Below are positions 63,184 to 64,000 of a stretch of DNA of 64,000 bases, one piece after another; the stretch's first letter is position 1; the number at the start of each line of letters is the position of its first letter. Location of the stretch: the NCBI GenBank assembly GCA_029782365.1, contig JAKOUW010000096.1:587432-651431 (forward strand). Reading direction: 5' to 3'. The stretch is from Chloroflexota bacterium (GTDB lineage Bacteria; Chloroflexota; Anaerolineae; Anaerolineales; UBA4823). The notes under the pieces were generated by a model. The model had not been told where the DNA came from and did not search any database. It saw nothing but the letters and a program-made list of their open reading frames with translations. The position numbers and the translations under genes were made by a program.

Positions 63184-64000
63184 AACCACAAATACCGAAC
63201 TCTTTTGATGAATTGATGCGTTCTCGGTACGGTCACTTCAGCGCGGCTGAGGAAGCCGAAGCGCGCGACCTGAACGCTTTGTTGGGCCGTTATTACGGCG
63301 AAGCGCCGCGTCGCAAAAAGAAAAAGAAACCCTCCACCCCAGCCCAGAGCCTGAGCTGTGATGACGGTGAAATGCTCCCCCAGGCCGCCAGCCGCAGGAA
63401 CGACCTGGCCGCCCAATATTCATTGGGTGGCGGCCTGGACGAGGAGTATGTGCTGGGAACGCTGTGCGAAAGCCAGCCCGGCCGCGCCGACCTGCCGGCC
63501 GCCGGCCAGCCGCCGGCCTACACCGCACCCTCCACTCCAACCCAGCCCGCCCCGCCCCTGGCGGCTGCCAGCCAGAGCATGTCGCAGGTGGCGCCTGCCA
63601 GCCCGCAGGATGAATACAACCTGGACGTGCGCCAGCCGCTGTCCACGCCTTCCGCTGTGTACACCTCACCTCCAGCCGCCCGCCCGACCAATCCCCAGCC
63701 GGCCATCAGCCAGGCGCAGGTGAGCGAGGATGACTTCGTCAACGACATGAAAGCCATCCTGTCCGGAAAAAAATTGTACGATCAGGCCCAGGGCAGCGCT
63801 GGCGCCACCTCCGAAGGCGGCCAGGGCGCCGCCAGCCGGGCGCAGTCTACCCCTGGCGCAGATCCCAACAGCGGCCAGGCCATCTTCGACCGCATCGCCC
63901 AGAGCATGCAGTATGCCAACGCCTACGACATGGGCACGGTGGAGCTCAACAACCGCTTCGCCGATTTCGACCGTGCCTATGAGGAACAGCAAAAGGCGCG
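63180..64000 (+). CDS. hypothetical protein, N-terminal >273 aa (continues beyond right edge): poly-Lys patch, Pro/Ala-rich region, conserved-looking helical motif
   Basis: My own translation from ATG 63180 (ATGA overlap with the upstream stop): MKPQIPNSFDELMRSRYGHF...PRRKKKKKPSTP...(P/A/Q-rich)...DDFVNDMKAILSGKKLYD...GQAIFDRIAQSMQYANAYDMGTVELNNRFADFDRAYEEQQKA. No stop before the window end. Confidence 0.7.
   Translation, partial: MKPQIPNSFDELMRSRYGHFSAAEEAEARDLNALLGRYYGEAPRRKKKKKPSTPAQSLSCDDGEMLPQAASRRNDLAAQYSLGGGLDEEYVLGTLCESQPGRADLPAAGQPPAYTAPSTPTQPAPPLAAASQSMSQVAPASPQDEYNLDVRQPLSTPSAVYTSPPAARPTNPQPAISQAQVSEDDFVNDMKAILSGKKLYDQAQGSAGATSEGGQGAASRAQSTPGADPNSGQAIFDRIAQSMQYANAYDMGTVELNNRFADFDRAYEEQQKA

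Noticed and set aside
55260-64000. Assigning the S8-led operon to a known system (bacterial gasdermin plus protease, eCIS/T6SS-like injection machinery, encapsulin or HK97 capsid plus maturation protease, lanthipeptide LanP locus)
   Set aside because: I could not find any of the following: a gasdermin-like N-terminal lipidation motif and matching size pattern; sheath, tube or baseplate hallmarks; an HK97-fold-length beta-rich capsid candidate; or precursor-peptide and LanM/LanBC genes. The similarity is limited to the presence of a protease, so these labels would be unsupported.
1-64000. CRISPR arrays, IS elements/transposases, integrases, prophage structural genes, tRNA/rRNA genes
   Set aside because: No regularly spaced repeats, no transposase- or integrase-like translations in any listed ORF, and no intergenic segment long and structured enough for tRNA or rRNA were seen. 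This was by-eye inspection only, so short or degenerate elements could be missed.

Overview
High-GC bacterial chromosomal window. I saw no rRNA, tRNA, CRISPR array, transposase or integrase. All calls come from reading the supplied ORF translations and the raw sequence by eye; no searches were run. (1) 1-12.1 kb: an 11+-gene minus-strand operon with a GntR regulator as its first gene. It encodes a CUT1-type sugar ABC importer, two cytoplasmic BNR/Asp-box propellers, a DHDPS-family aldolase, an Ldh2 dehydrogenase, a UxaA-type dehydratase, an FAH-family hydrolase and a tungsten-type aldehyde:ferredoxin oxidoreductase that is cut by the left edge. It looks like a non-phosphorylative sugar-acid catabolic route with unknown substrate. 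(2) 12-46 kb: a mixed housekeeping and regulatory region. It holds a HEAT-repeat protein, a second DHDPS paralog, a NarL-type two-component system translationally coupled to alanine racemase, DtxR-FeoAB with an operator palindrome, an ABC-2 exporter operon with a small wHTH regulator, two GGDEF cyclases, a DEAD-box helicase, a heterodimeric ABC exporter, a sucrose-phosphorylase-like GH13 enzyme, ribA and methyltransferases. (3) 46.6-55 kb: a secreted-protein cluster. It holds a ~1040-aa protein with a metzincin HExxHxxGxxH motif, a DUF4352-like lipoprotein, a tail-fibre-like protein, an ECF sigma/anti-sigma pair and a cytochrome c protein. (4) 55.2-64.0 kb: a terminator-insulated, promoter-led, translationally coupled plus-strand operon of at least 8 genes that runs off the right edge. 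It starts with a signal-peptide-less S8 subtilase, followed by 683-, ~345-, 772-, 50-, 89-, 250- and >273-aa proteins that I cannot place in any characterised family. These share disordered Pro/Ala/Gly linkers and a recurring small beta-module. This operon is my top candidate for an undescribed system. Many long ORFs in the supplied track are antisense or shadow ORFs typical of high-GC DNA and were rejected.
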